DNA of 64,000 nt from Candidatus Bathyarchaeia archaeon. Lineage in GTDB: Archaea; Thermoproteota; Bathyarchaeia; Bathyarchaeales; Bathycorpusculaceae. Positions 38,038 to 47,842 of the stretch are shown here, one piece after another. The notes beneath the pieces are model-generated. The model was not told where the DNA came from. It did not search any database and saw nothing but the letters and a program-made list of their open reading frames with translations. A program made the position numbers and the translations under genes. Within the stretch, counting starts at the first letter, position 1. Each line of letters opens with the position of its first letter. The DNA is taken from NCBI GenBank assembly GCA_049970895.1, contig JBMFMB010000001.1:1-64000 (forward strand), read 5' to 3'.

Positions 38038-39061
38038 AAAACGGCACCTCTTCTATGTAGACTAGTTTCCAAAGCTCGCCGAAATCAAGGTAGGGCGCAG
38101 CCTTCGCCTTCTCCACACAGACATCCAAAGCCTTTTCTATTTCGGCGTTTAAGGCTTCAAACTCTTCCTTTGTTATCATTCCAAGCCTTATGAGGTTGTT
38201 GGCAAACCTTTCTATCGGATCCTTTTTCATCCACTCTTGAACCTCCTCTTTTGGACGGTATTCCGCCTTATCGTAGACGCCATGACCCTTCTTTCGGTAT
38301 GTTCTGCATTCTATAAAGGCTGGACCATTACCGCTTCGAATATGGTTTATGGCGGCTTTTCCACTTGTGTAGACGGCTACAACGTCATTTCCATCAGCCA
38401 AATAGGATTTTATTCCATACGCAGAAGCGCGTGCAGCTATGCTTTCCCCAGCAAAAGACTCCTTATGTGGAACTGAAAAGGCGTAAAAGTTGTTTTCACA
38501 AACGAACAAGACTGGAAGTTTCCAAATAGCCGCCAAGTTTAGGGCTTCGTGGAATGCGCCGGTGTTCACGGCGCCGTCGCCGAAGAAGACAGCCACAATT
38601 CTGCTGCTCCTCCGATATTGCAGTGCCAGTCCCACGCCTACAGCTATAGGTATGCCCCCGCCAACAATCGCCGAAGCAAGCAATATGTTATGCTCAACAC
38701 TCATGGAAGAGTGCATGGAACCACCCAAACCCTTGCAAGTGCCAGTTTTTCTGCCAAACAACTCAGCCATCAAAGCCTCTAATGGAACGCCGCGGGCTAT
38801 GGCGTGACCATGCCCCCTATAAGTGGAGATTATGAAGTCTTCCCTGTCCAAAGCCTTAACGATGCCGGCGGCAACAGCCTCCTGCCCAAGATATAGGTGG
38901 CATGGACCAATAAGCTGCCCCTCAAAAAACAGTTTTTCAACCCGCTCTTCGAAATTTCGCATTTCACACATTTTCCTTAAAAGCCAAAGGAAATCTTCGT
39001 ATGTCAAGCCCAGCGACTGGTATTTTTCTGCTGGAATTTCGCTGATGGATTCAACGCTCAT
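38030..39061 (-). CDS. 2-oxoacid/acetoin dehydrogenase E1 alpha (TPP-dependent)
   Basis: HLYLGQEA, TYRGHGH, GGSMH, GDGA...ENN TPP motif, YR..GH. Confidence 0.94.
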   Translation of the reverse strand: MSVESISEIPAEKYQSLGLTYEDFLWLLRKMCEMRNFEERVEKLFFEGQLIGPCHLYLGQEAVAAGIVKALDREDFIISTYRGHGHAIARGVPLEALMAELFGRKTGTCKGLGGSMHSSMSVEHNILLASAIVGGGIPIAVGVGLALQYRRSSRIVAVFFGDGAVNTGAFHEALNLAAIWKLPVLFVCENNFYAFSVPHKESFAGESIAARASAYGIKSYLADGNDVVAVYTSGKAAINHIRSGNGPAFIECRTYRKKGHGVYDKAEYRPKEEVQEWMKKDPIERFANNLIRLGMITKEEFEALNAEIEKALDVCVEKAKAAPYLDFGELWKLVYIEEVPFYG

Positions 39062-39157
39062 GACGGCGTCACCCTTTCCAGAGTTTAGAAGGGTTTAGCA
39101 TTTATAAAGGTTGGACACCTTAAAATCAGCATTCAAGGATGAAATGGTGAAGAGCGC

Positions 39158-40309
39158 ATGTTTGAAAGGGAGCTTCTCATGATTCCGGGTCCAACGAATG
39201 TGGCTCCCTCGGTTTTGCGTGCCATGTGCAAGCCTCCCATGTCGCATACAAGCCAAGAATTCGCCGGCATATTCAAGGAAGCCCTAAACAGCTTGAAACG
39301 CGTTTTCATTACTGAAAGTGATGTTTTTGTGGTTGCTGGTTCTGGAACTTTAGCCCTAGAGATGGCGGTAGCCAACATTGTAGAACCTGGCGACAAAGTG
39401 CTGAATGCTGTTTCCGGGTTTTTTGGGCAGTATTTTGTTGAAATGTGTAAGGTTTACGGTGCGGTTCCCCGCGTCTTGGAAGCGCCGTATGGCAAGGCTG
39501 TAAAGCCAGAACAAGTCAAGGAGGCGTTGGAGGATGGTAGTTTTAAGGCTGTCACTGTTACTCATGTAGAAACTTCAACAGGGGTTGCGAACCCGATTAG
39601 GGAGATAGGCAAAATAGTGCGGAAACATAGCGAAGCCTTCTACATAGTTGACACTGTTTGCTCGCTTGGCGGAATGGAAGTCCGTGTAGACGACTGGGGC
39701 ATAGACGTTTGTGTTTCTGGCTCGCAGAAGTGTATAGGTGTTCCGCCAGGCTTGGCTTTGGTTGCCATCAGCCAAAAAGCCTTGGAATATTTGGAAAGGC
39801 GGAAAACATCTGTTGGCTCGTGGTATGGCAGCTTCAAGAACTGGCTTCCAGTTATGCGGGACCCAACAAAGTATTTTGCAACTCCGCCGGTGAACATGAT
39901 TTACGCTTTACACGAAGCCTTGAAACTTGTGATTGATGAGGGATTAGAAAATCGTTTTAGGAGACATCATGTTTTGGCTAAGGCTTTTAGAGCCGCTATG
40001 AACGCATTAAACCTTAAAATCGTGGCGGAAAAGGGGTACGAGGCGGACACTGTCACAGCCATCTACTATCCGGAAGGCATAGACGACAACAAGTTTAGAA
40101 GCGAAATTAAGAATCGTGGGATAGTTGTTGCCCCAACCCTTGGACCTTTAAAGGGGAAGGGCTTCCGGGTTGGACACATGGGAAACGTGAACCAAAATGA
40201 CATAGCAGCCACGATATCAGCAATAGAAACAACGCTGAAACGCCTCGGATACAATACTAGTCTCGGAAGCGGAACGAAAGCCGCAGAAGAGAAAATCCTT
40301 TCAGTCTAA
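39158..40309 (+). CDS. Class V aminotransferase (alanine-glyoxylate/serine-pyruvate family)
   Basis: LMIPGPTNV, HVETSTG, DTVCSLGG, SGSQKC (PLP Lys), FRVGHMG. Confidence 0.93.
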   Translation: MFERELLMIPGPTNVAPSVLRAMCKPPMSHTSQEFAGIFKEALNSLKRVFITESDVFVVAGSGTLALEMAVANIVEPGDKVLNAVSGFFGQYFVEMCKVYGAVPRVLEAPYGKAVKPEQVKEALEDGSFKAVTVTHVETSTGVANPIREIGKIVRKHSEAFYIVDTVCSLGGMEVRVDDWGIDVCVSGSQKCIGVPPGLALVAISQKALEYLERRKTSVGSWYGSFKNWLPVMRDPTKYFATPPVNMIYALHEALKLVIDEGLENRFRRHHVLAKAFRAAMNALNLKIVAEKGYEADTVTAIYYPEGIDDNKFRSEIKNRGIVVAPTLGPLKGKGFRVGHMGNVNQNDIAATISAIETTLKRLGYNTSLGSGTKAAEEKILSV

Positions 40310-40321
40310 GCGGCTAAAACC

Positions 40322-40945
40322 ATGGAGCCTATAACGGATTTTTACCTTTTCTTGGCTTCCGTGGTTTTCATATCCCTCTCAGGGGTTATGATGCCGGGAC
40401 CAGTATTCGCCGTAACAATTGCAAAGGGTTATAGGAGCAAAATTGCTGGTGTCTTAATAGCCTTTGGACATGGGGCTGTAGAGTTCCCGCTAATCCTTCT
40501 CCTATATTTTGGGCTTTCATGTTTTTTCGCATCCACCCTTGTGCAGAAGGTTATAGGCTTTATTGGCGGATTAGTGATGATTTACATGGGCTTCCAAACC
40601 TTTAAAACAAGGAGGGAAGCCGCTGCAAAGACAAGCCATGCTGGGCATGCCTCCTTTATCGCTGGTTTGGTTGCAACCAGTGCAAATCCATACTTCTTCT
40701 TTTGGTGGGCAACTGTTGGCGTTGCCCTCATTCTGCAAGCTTCCACATTCGGCGCCGTGGGGTTGTTGGCTTTCGCCATTGTGCATTGGCTATGCGATCT
40801 AGCATGGGACACATTTGTTTCTGTAACAGTTTTCAAATCGAGGCGCTTCTGGAATGAGAAAGTTTTCACAGCTGTTTTCCTTTTCTGCTTTGCTGTTCTA
40901 GTGGTTTTCGGCTTATGGTTCATTGTTTCGGCTTTATTGCGGTAA
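40322..40945 (+). CDS. LysE-family translocator
   Basis: SGVMMPGP, GHGAVE, NPYFFFWW; multi-TM. Confidence 0.88.
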   Translation: MEPITDFYLFLASVVFISLSGVMMPGPVFAVTIAKGYRSKIAGVLIAFGHGAVEFPLILLLYFGLSCFFASTLVQKVIGFIGGLVMIYMGFQTFKTRREAAAKTSHAGHASFIAGLVATSANPYFFFWWATVGVALILQASTFGAVGLLAFAIVHWLCDLAWDTFVSVTVFKSRRFWNEKVFTAVFLFCFAVLVVFGLWFIVSALLR

Positions 40946-42310
40946 GCTGCCCACCTTCCTTAGCCTATAACGCTCATAAATAAGTTCGACACGGTCGCCA
41001 TCAACAATGAATTCCACTGGAAGCTTTCCGCCGGCTTGTACGGCGTAAAACTTTTTAACGTTGCCCTCGATATCTTCTGGGATTAATGGTATTATCATGT
41101 CCATATATTTGTCGCAGATTTCTATTTGAAGAAGCCCGCCCTTAGGCACGACTCTAGCGTCCATAGTCCCCTTATAAGTCTCGTATAATCCGCTTAGCAG
41201 TTCGTAGGCTTTCTCATATTTGATGAAGGGAAGCTCCTCTGGGTTCTTGTCTAGTAATAGGGCAAGCGCATACATACCCATCTGAGACAGCGGATAGCCG
41301 CTTCCATTCGCCAGCAAGGCCACTCCAACATGTTTTTCTGGTATATAGCCCATGTACGCCGTGTAAACAAGCACAGAACCGCCGTGACCGACAAGCTTGT
41401 GGCCGAAGAAGTTGGGGATTATGCTTAATCCATAGCCGTAAGACTCTCCACCAAAAACTTGAAGGGGCACCTTAACCCGTGGCTTTTCCATTTCCTCAAT
41501 GGATTTAGGTGAGGCTAAAGTGTTTCCGTCATATTTCCCGCGGTTTAAATACATGATAAGGTAGTGTGCCAAATCAATCGCATTGCTTATTAGTCCGCCA
41601 TCCGCATAAATCCCGTAGGGAAATACTGACTTTTTGGGTTCTCCGTCTCGGGTGATAATGTATGGCGTTGCAACGTTAGCGTCCGCATCAACGTCCTCTC
41701 TGCAGAAGAAGCTTCTATCCATCCCTAATGGTTTGAGTATGTTCTCTTTAACGTACTTGTCATAGCTTAAGCCCGAAACCTTCTCGATAATGTAGCCCAA
41801 AATAACGTAGCCCTCATTTAGGTAAAACCACCTCTCACCGGGCTTTGCCAAAACCCACAGACTTGCATCTCTCATAAAGGCGAAAAGGTCTTCAGCGCTT
41901 GCAATGGGCACCCATTTACCGCCAGCACCAGTCACATATCGGATTAGACCTTCAGCATAGGCTAGTGCCGGTATGCCAGAAGCATGACAAAGCAGATGCC
42001 ATATCCTAACGGGCTCTCCGCCCTTAGGCTCCAACTTGAGTTGGGGAATATGCTTCCTAACAGGGTCGTCGAGGCTTAATTTTCCCTTCTCCATAAGTTG
42101 CATTATGGACAAAGCCGTGAAAGACTTTGTAACCGAGCCAATGCCATACAAGGTTTCTGGTGTAGCCCTCAAACCGTACTCCAAGTCCCTAAAGCAGAAG
42201 CCCCTACTGTAGGTTAGCTTGCCCTTCTCAACTATCGCGAGGCTTAATCCTGGAAGGTGGGTTTTCGACATCTTTTCGAAAATGAAACTTTCCAATAGTT
42301 CATAATCCAT
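40934..42310 (-). CDS. Serine hydrolase, beta-lactamase fold (Pab87-like peptidase)
   Basis: GSVTKSF (SxxK), YLN, HGG; C-terminal extension. Confidence 0.9.
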   Translation of the reverse strand: MDYELLESFIFEKMSKTHLPGLSLAIVEKGKLTYSRGFCFRDLEYGLRATPETLYGIGSVTKSFTALSIMQLMEKGKLSLDDPVRKHIPQLKLEPKGGEPVRIWHLLCHASGIPALAYAEGLIRYVTGAGGKWVPIASAEDLFAFMRDASLWVLAKPGERWFYLNEGYVILGYIIEKVSGLSYDKYVKENILKPLGMDRSFFCREDVDADANVATPYIITRDGEPKKSVFPYGIYADGGLISNAIDLAHYLIMYLNRGKYDGNTLASPKSIEEMEKPRVKVPLQVFGGESYGYGLSIIPNFFGHKLVGHGGSVLVYTAYMGYIPEKHVGVALLANGSGYPLSQMGMYALALLLDKNPEELPFIKYEKAYELLSGLYETYKGTMDARVVPKGGLLQIEICDKYMDMIIPLIPEDIEGNVKKFYAVQAGGKLPVEFIVDGDRVELIYERYRLRKVGSLPQ

Positions 42311-42406
42311 TTTAATGCGCCTCTCTCGCCATTCTAGTATGCCAATGTCGCCTTGATAAGCTTAAACATTTAAAAGCATAAGCAAGCCATCACAAAATAT
42401 TGAGGG

Positions 42407-42976
42407 TTGGCGGTGTCGGAGAAAATCGAGTATCATGTTGGAAAGGCGAAAATACGCCTAGTTCAAGGAGACATAACTGAAATGGAAACAGACGCCATAG
42501 TGAACGCTGCAAACCCATCCCTAATGGGAGGCGGCGGGGTGGACGGAGCCATCCACAGAAAGGGCGGACCCAAAATCCTTGAGGAATGCAAGCGCATAAG
42601 GGCGACTGAATGGCCTAACGGCCTCCCAACAGGGAAAGCTGTAATAACCACTGGCGGAAACTTGAAGGCTAAGTATGTTATCCACACGGTTGGACCGATT
42701 TGGCGAGGAGGAAAGAGCGGAGAATCGGAGCTTTTGGCGGAGGCTTACCGCAACTCTTTGGCGCTTGCAGTTTCAAAGGGTTTGAAAACTATAGCCTTCC
42801 CTTCGATAAGTACTGGTGCCTACGGATACCCCATTGAAGAGGCTTGTAAAGTTGCCCTAAAAACGGTTAAGGAGTTCTTGGAGAAGGAGGACAAGCTGGA
42901 AGAGGTTGTGCTTGTCCTGTATAGTAGGCATGATTTTGAGGTTTACAAAGAGGCGGCGAAACAAATTCTGCAATAG
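42407..42976 (+). CDS. Macrodomain O-acetyl-ADP-ribose deacetylase
   Basis: GDIT, AIVNAAN, GGGGVDGAIH, VIHTVGP, ISTGAYGYP. Confidence 0.95.
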   Translation: MAVSEKIEYHVGKAKIRLVQGDITEMETDAIVNAANPSLMGGGGVDGAIHRKGGPKILEECKRIRATEWPNGLPTGKAVITTGGNLKAKYVIHTVGPIWRGGKSGESELLAEAYRNSLALAVSKGLKTIAFPSISTGAYGYPIEEACKVALKTVKEFLEKEDKLEEVVLVLYSRHDFEVYKEAAKQILQ

Positions 42977-43269
42977 TCCGCCGTTACAGCTGTTAATACC
43001 TAATGTAAACTTTGCCGCCTAGCTCGTCAACACTAGCGTTAAGCCTTTCCAAAACATGCCTCATCTTACCATTGACTGTTTACTGCCGCCCTTTTGGTCC
43101 GCTTGGAACCCTAACCCCTATGCAGTAGTATTGTTCTCCCAAACTTTTCGGGCCTTGCATTTCTCTCCTAATAGAACAGTGGTGCATGGGAGACTTAAGT
43201 TGTGAATTTTCAGTATAGAATTTTCATATTTTTAAAGTTGGATTCTGAATAAACAATGGCGGCGACGCT

Positions 43270-43866
43270 TTAGCCGAAGTCGAGAACAAAGCTTGGCACA
43301 AGGCTCATATACACTGGTTTTTGTATGCCGCCAGTATCTACTAAAAGCGGGTCTATGTAGGCTACCAGAGTTTTTCCGCTGACATCTTCCGGGATTCTCC
43401 AGAACCTTTCCAAGTCTTTTTCAGCAAGCCTCTTCCTTCCAGCCAAATCCGATTTTAGTGCAAGCTCAATGGATTTCGTGTAGAAATCGGTTATGGCATA
43501 GTCCACAAGGCGTAGGTTAAATTTTAGGTCCTTGTCTCCGAGCTTTTCCTTTGTTTTGAGGGTGGCGATTATGGCTTTTTCGAAATCCTTTAGGCTGTTT
43601 TCCTTCAAAATTATTAATGGACAGACGAAGCTGGAGGCTTGAAAAAGCGAGTCTAAAACTGGGTTTTCCACTATTTTTGGCAATGTTAAGAGTTTCTTCC
43701 ACTTTAATTCGAGTTTTATGGTTTCAGAAACAGCGAGCTCTCTATACCTAAATTTTCTTTTAAGCCATTCAAGCTCTTTTTCTGGGGAAACCCCTCTTGA
43801 AAGGTAGATTATTCCCCTAAGGTTTTTCACCAAATGTAGGCGTTGATGTTCTGGGATTTCGTCCAC
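43270..43866 (-). CDS. Hypothetical protein
   Basis: 198-aa ORF with AGGAG SD, 25 bp downstream of the ttuA-like gene; no recognised motif. Confidence 0.7.
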   Translation of the reverse strand: MDEIPEHQRLHLVKNLRGIIYLSRGVSPEKELEWLKRKFRYRELAVSETIKLELKWKKLLTLPKIVENPVLDSLFQASSFVCPLIILKENSLKDFEKAIIATLKTKEKLGDKDLKFNLRLVDYAITDFYTKSIELALKSDLAGRKRLAEKDLERFWRIPEDVSGKTLVAYIDPLLVDTGGIQKPVYMSLVPSFVLDFG

Positions 43867-43891
43867 AAATTTCCATTCTCCTTTTAGAAGC

Positions 43892-44821
43892 TTAAGCTTT
43901 GCCTATGGCTTCCTTAACCATGGATAGGCGTCTGCAGAAGGCGCAAACCTCGCTTGATGATGGAAAGCCGCAAACTTTGCACTTGCCAAGTACGGGCTTT
44001 TTGGCAATATTTTCAACCAGTGGCATGATTTCCAAAAAGCGGTTCAGTAGCTGATGCCTAAAGTAGGGATTATCCCTTGACAAAAGCTCTAGGATTTTTG
44101 TTCTTTTCCGCACTCCAGTTCCAGTTGCGAAGGGACAGTCGATTTCGCGGAAGGGTATATCACCATAAAGGCAGTAAAGCAAGTTCTCGTTTTCAGGACA
44201 TTTTATCAGAGGTTTAACTTTTGAGGCCATACCTTCCGCCAGTGGTGGCAGAACTGGCTTAAGCCTAACAAACTGTTCCCAGCGTCCATAAAGGAAATTG
44301 TTAAACATAACTCCAGCAACATCCTCCATATTATGCCCTGTTGCCAAAACCCGAACTTTGGTTTTGATGGCTAGTTCCTCGAAAATGCGACGCTTGATCG
44401 TTCCACAAGCAGAGCAAAGCTTCCCCTTGAAAGGTGTTTTCTTAAAATCGCCTATCCCAATGCCCAATTCTTCTGGAAGACTGAAGACGTGAAGTTCAAC
44501 ACTCAGCATGTTAGCAAGCCTTTCAACCTTTTCCTGACAGTGGTCCGAATATTCTGGTATGCCCAAGTTTATGTGTAAAGCCTTAAGCCCAAGCCTTGGA
44601 AAAGCCCCTCTTAATACATGCAGAAGCGCAGCACTGTCCTTACCACCCGAAACTGCAACACCGACAGTGTCGCCTTCCCTAAACATTCTAAATTCTTCAA
44701 TAGTTTTTCGTACCCTAGCCCTATAAAAGTTCATAAAACAGCTTGGACAGAGGTTCATCCTAGCGTATGGAATTTGTACCTCAGCATTCTCTGAGCGACA
44801 CTTGCTACAAATCACTGGCAT
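43892..44821 (-). CDS. tRNA 2-thiolation protein, TtuA/Ncs6 family
   Basis: N- and C-terminal Zn fingers, PP-loop AVSGGKDS, CSAC, ATGHN.ED, CPF. Confidence 0.88.
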   Translation of the reverse strand: MPVICSKCRSENAEVQIPYARMNLCPSCFMNFYRARVRKTIEEFRMFREGDTVGVAVSGGKDSAALLHVLRGAFPRLGLKALHINLGIPEYSDHCQEKVERLANMLSVELHVFSLPEELGIGIGDFKKTPFKGKLCSACGTIKRRIFEELAIKTKVRVLATGHNMEDVAGVMFNNFLYGRWEQFVRLKPVLPPLAEGMASKVKPLIKCPENENLLYCLYGDIPFREIDCPFATGTGVRKRTKILELLSRDNPYFRHQLLNRFLEIMPLVENIAKKPVLGKCKVCGFPSSSEVCAFCRRLSMVKEAIGKA

Positions 44822-44947
44822 GGATGATCACTTATTACTTTGAGAGGAATGTACCTTTTCCATGCTAGACTGATAAAATAAAAATGGGTTAAATTTTCCT
44901 TAAAGATTTTAGGAAATTTAATTTAGAAAAAGGTTTGGGTGATTTTA

Positions 44948-46600
44948 TTAGAATTCTTCGCTTTCGCCTTCGCTTGGAGGCTTTTCTTTCTCCTTCTCCT
45001 CTTTTGGTTTTGATGCGGCTATGACGTCGTCTATGCGCAATATCATTGATGCTGATTCCGTGGCTGATTTTACCGCTTGCTCTTTGACTATGGCTGGTTC
45101 CACTACACCGTTGCCGTACATGTCATCAACCTTTCCTGTGAAAACATTTACGCCCATGTGGTGGCCGTCGGTTTTCTCGTGGGCAGCCCTAAGCTCGACT
45201 ATTATGTCTATTGGTTCTAGCCCGGCGTTTTCAGCCAGTGTTCGCGGTATCACCTCTATCGCATCTGCAAAGGCTTCTATGGCTAGTTGTTCGCGTCCGC
45301 CAACCTTTGCCGCATAGTCCCTAAGCTCTTTGGCTATTTCAACTTCTACTGCGCCGCCTCCAGCAACGATTTTGTTGTGTTCTATTACGTCTGAAACTAC
45401 TGATAGGGCGTCTGTCATGGCTCTTTCGGCTTCGTCCACCATCCTTTCAAGTCCAGCCCTTATGAGAATGCCGACAGAACGCGGATTCTTACAGTCCTCA
45501 ACGAATATCATTTTGTCTTCGCCAATTTTACGTTCTTCGACAATGCCCGCTGTGCCCAAGTCTTGGGGTGTTAAGTCATCCAGGTCTGTGACTATTCTTC
45601 CGCCAGTCGCCCTCGCTAATTTTTCCATGTCTGACTGTTTAACTCTTCTTGCGGCTAGTATGCCCTCCTTTGCTAGGAAGTGTTGTGCCATGTCGTCTAT
45701 GCCTTTTTGGCAGAAGACAACGTTGGCGCCAACAGACTTGATCTTCTCCACCATTTCCTTCAGCATTTGGGTTTCCTGGTCTAGGAAGGCCTTCATCTGG
45801 GATGGGTCGCGGATGCGTATTTCTGCGCTGAACTCTGTCTTCTCAATTTCTAGTGGGCAGTCTAGAAGGGCGATTTTGGCGTTTTCAATTTTTTTGGGCA
45901 TTCCGGGGTGGACAACTTCCTTGTCTATTATCACGCCTCTTACAAGCTGGGATTCAAAAAGCCCCTTTCCAGTCTTCTTTATTATTTGGATGTTGTCTAT
46001 GTCTGCAACCAGCCTATCGCCCCTCTTTTCAACGATCTGTTTTACGGCGTCTATGGCTATTTCTGCCAAGTGCTCTTTGGCTGGGCCTACGGCCTTGCTT
46101 GCCATGGATGTTAAAGCCACCTTTCTGAGGGTTTCACGGTCCTCGATGTCTACTGGTTTGGCTATGCGGTTTATCACCTCAACAGCCTTTTGGGCAGCCT
46201 TTCGGTAGCCGCTAACAATTATTGTTGGGTGGATGTTCTGGTCTAGGAGCTCCTCAGCCCTTTTTAGGAGTTCTCCAGCTAAGACGACGGCCGTTGTTGT
46301 TCCGTCGCCCACCATGTCATCTTGGGTTTTTGCCACTTCAACCATCATTTTGGCAGCTGGATGCTCCACCTCAATCTCGTCCAAGATTGCGGCTCCATCA
46401 TTGGTTATTGTTATGTCGCCTAGACTGTCGATGAGCATCTTATCCATTCCACGGGGTCCAAGCGTTGTCTTTAGGACTTCGCCTATGATGCGGGCTGCCA
46501 TAATATTATTTCTTTGGGCTTCCCTTCCACGGCTTCGGGCTGTGCCCTCTTTTAGGATTAAGACGGGTTGACCTGAAGCTGTTGTTGTTAAGTAAGCCAT
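44948..46600 (-). CDS. ths: Thermosome (group II chaperonin) subunit
   Basis: [33 protein letters not shown]; ATG 46600. Confidence 0.97.
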   Translation of the reverse strand: MAYLTTTASGQPVLILKEGTARSRGREAQRNNIMAARIIGEVLKTTLGPRGMDKMLIDSLGDITITNDGAAILDEIEVEHPAAKMMVEVAKTQDDMVGDGTTTAVVLAGELLKRAEELLDQNIHPTIIVSGYRKAAQKAVEVINRIAKPVDIEDRETLRKVALTSMASKAVGPAKEHLAEIAIDAVKQIVEKRGDRLVADIDNIQIIKKTGKGLFESQLVRGVIIDKEVVHPGMPKKIENAKIALLDCPLEIEKTEFSAEIRIRDPSQMKAFLDQETQMLKEMVEKIKSVGANVVFCQKGIDDMAQHFLAKEGILAARRVKQSDMEKLARATGGRIVTDLDDLTPQDLGTAGIVEERKIGEDKMIFVEDCKNPRSVGILIRAGLERMVDEAERAMTDALSVVSDVIEHNKIVAGGGAVEVEIAKELRDYAAKVGGREQLAIEAFADAIEVIPRTLAENAGLEPIDIIVELRAAHEKTDGHHMGVNVFTGKVDDMYGNGVVEPAIVKEQAVKSATESASMILRIDDVIAASKPKEEKEKEKPPSEGESEEF

Positions 46601-46710
46601 ACACTTTTCCTCCAATCAATGTTAAAATGGTTTCGTGGTTAACAAGAAATGCGGTAAAATATAAACTTTTCCAGAAGTAAATGCTGGTTAACTCAACAAA
46701 TGTTTCTGGC

Positions 46711-47272
46711 TTAAGCCACGTACTCAAGGAAGATTTTTGTGCCTATGGCTATTAGGATTATTCCGCCCAAAATCTCGATTTTGTTTGATAAGGTTTTTCC
46801 AAGTTTGTCGCCTATTGTTGCGCCTAAGAGGGATAATGTGAAGGTTATTGTGCCGATGATGGCTATCGGCGTTGTTATGGAGACTTTTAGGAGGGCGAAG
46901 CTTAAGCCCAGTGCTAGGGCGTCTATGCTTGTGGCAACAGACAATAACAGAAGAGTGGAAAGGTCAAGCCTTTTGGCTTTTGGCTGGTGTTCCATGCTTT
47001 TTGCTTCATATAACATTTTGCATCCTATTAGGGCGAGGAGCCCAAAGGCAAGCCAGTGGTCAAAACCAGCTATAAGCTCAAGGATTTCAAAGCCCATGAG
47101 CCATCCCAGAACTGGCATGAAGGCTTAGAAGGCTCCAAAGGAGAAGCCATTTTGAGGGCGTTGTTTTTGCTTTCGCTTTGGTGGTTATTCCGTAGGCTAT
47201 GGAGACGCTGAAAGCGTCCATTGCAAGTCCGAAGGCTATGGCGAGGATTGTTGCGGCATCCAATGGTGACAC
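46711..47272 (-). pseudogene. mntP: Disrupted manganese efflux pump MntP
   Basis: N-part GLAMDAFSVSI and C-part ATSIDALALG are in different frames; junction has two apparent 1-nt deletions plus an in-frame TAA (47125-47127) in FGAF*AFMP, where Gln is expected. Confidence 0.85.
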
Positions 47273-47350
47273 TTTTGCCTATAGAGTGGCTTCTGCTTTG
47301 GGAAAAGCTTTTCCATTTGTTTGCTCATTCAATTTTGATGGTGAAAGCCT

Positions 47351-47644
47351 TTGAAGGTTTCAGTGCGCTTCTTCACCACATTGCGGGAAATCACCGGCAA
47401 ACGCGAGGAAACATTGGAGTTTCCGGACGGCGAAAATGTTACTGTGGAGAAGGTTCTTGGAAGGTTGGCTGAGCGTTATGGGAAGGGCTTTGTAGAATAT
47501 GTTTATGACAGCAGAACTGGCGACGTGAAAGGTTTTCTCCAATTTCTAATAAATGGGAGAAGCGCCTCAACCCTTAAGGGGCTTAGGACGGAATTGGCTG
47601 ACGGTGACGTTTTGGCTATTATACCACCAGTGGGCGGCGGCTAA
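47351..47644 (+). CDS. MoaD/ThiS-family ubiquitin-like protein (SAMP-type)
   Basis: VSVRFFTTLREITG, LINGR, DGDVLAIIPPVGGG C-terminal diglycine. Confidence 0.92.
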   Translation: MKVSVRFFTTLREITGKREETLEFPDGENVTVEKVLGRLAERYGKGFVEYVYDSRTGDVKGFLQFLINGRSASTLKGLRTELADGDVLAIIPPVGGG

Positions 47645-47695
47645 AAAGGGCAATTTTGGTCAATTTTAGGCTGTGTGGTTTTGCTAAATTGACTA

Positions 47696-47825
47696 GCCCC
47701 TCCCTCTAGTCATTTTTGTGGTTGTCGGGTTGCCACAAATACACCCACCCCTCTATAGTTTTTGGCTTGTGGAAAAGCCAATAGCAGACCCTCCCCTCTA
47801 GATTTTTAGGCTGGTTGCACAATAG
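47696..47825 (+). repeat. Three degenerate repeats with about 45-47 bp period
   Basis: CCCCTCCCTCTAGTCATTTTTG (47697), ACCCACCCCTCTATAGTTTTTG (47743), ACCCTCCCCTCTAGATTTTTAG (47788). Confidence 0.65.
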
Positions 47826-47842
47826 TATCTTTTGAGCCATTC

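Noticed and set aside
44889-44921. AT-rich imperfect inverted repeat after the thermosome gene
   Set aside because: Low complexity; at most a terminator-associated hairpin
45330-46208. 292-aa plus-strand ORF, and similar antisense ORFs over smc, alaS, infB and gltX
   Set aside because: Antisense shadows of well-conserved genes, with no motifs of their own
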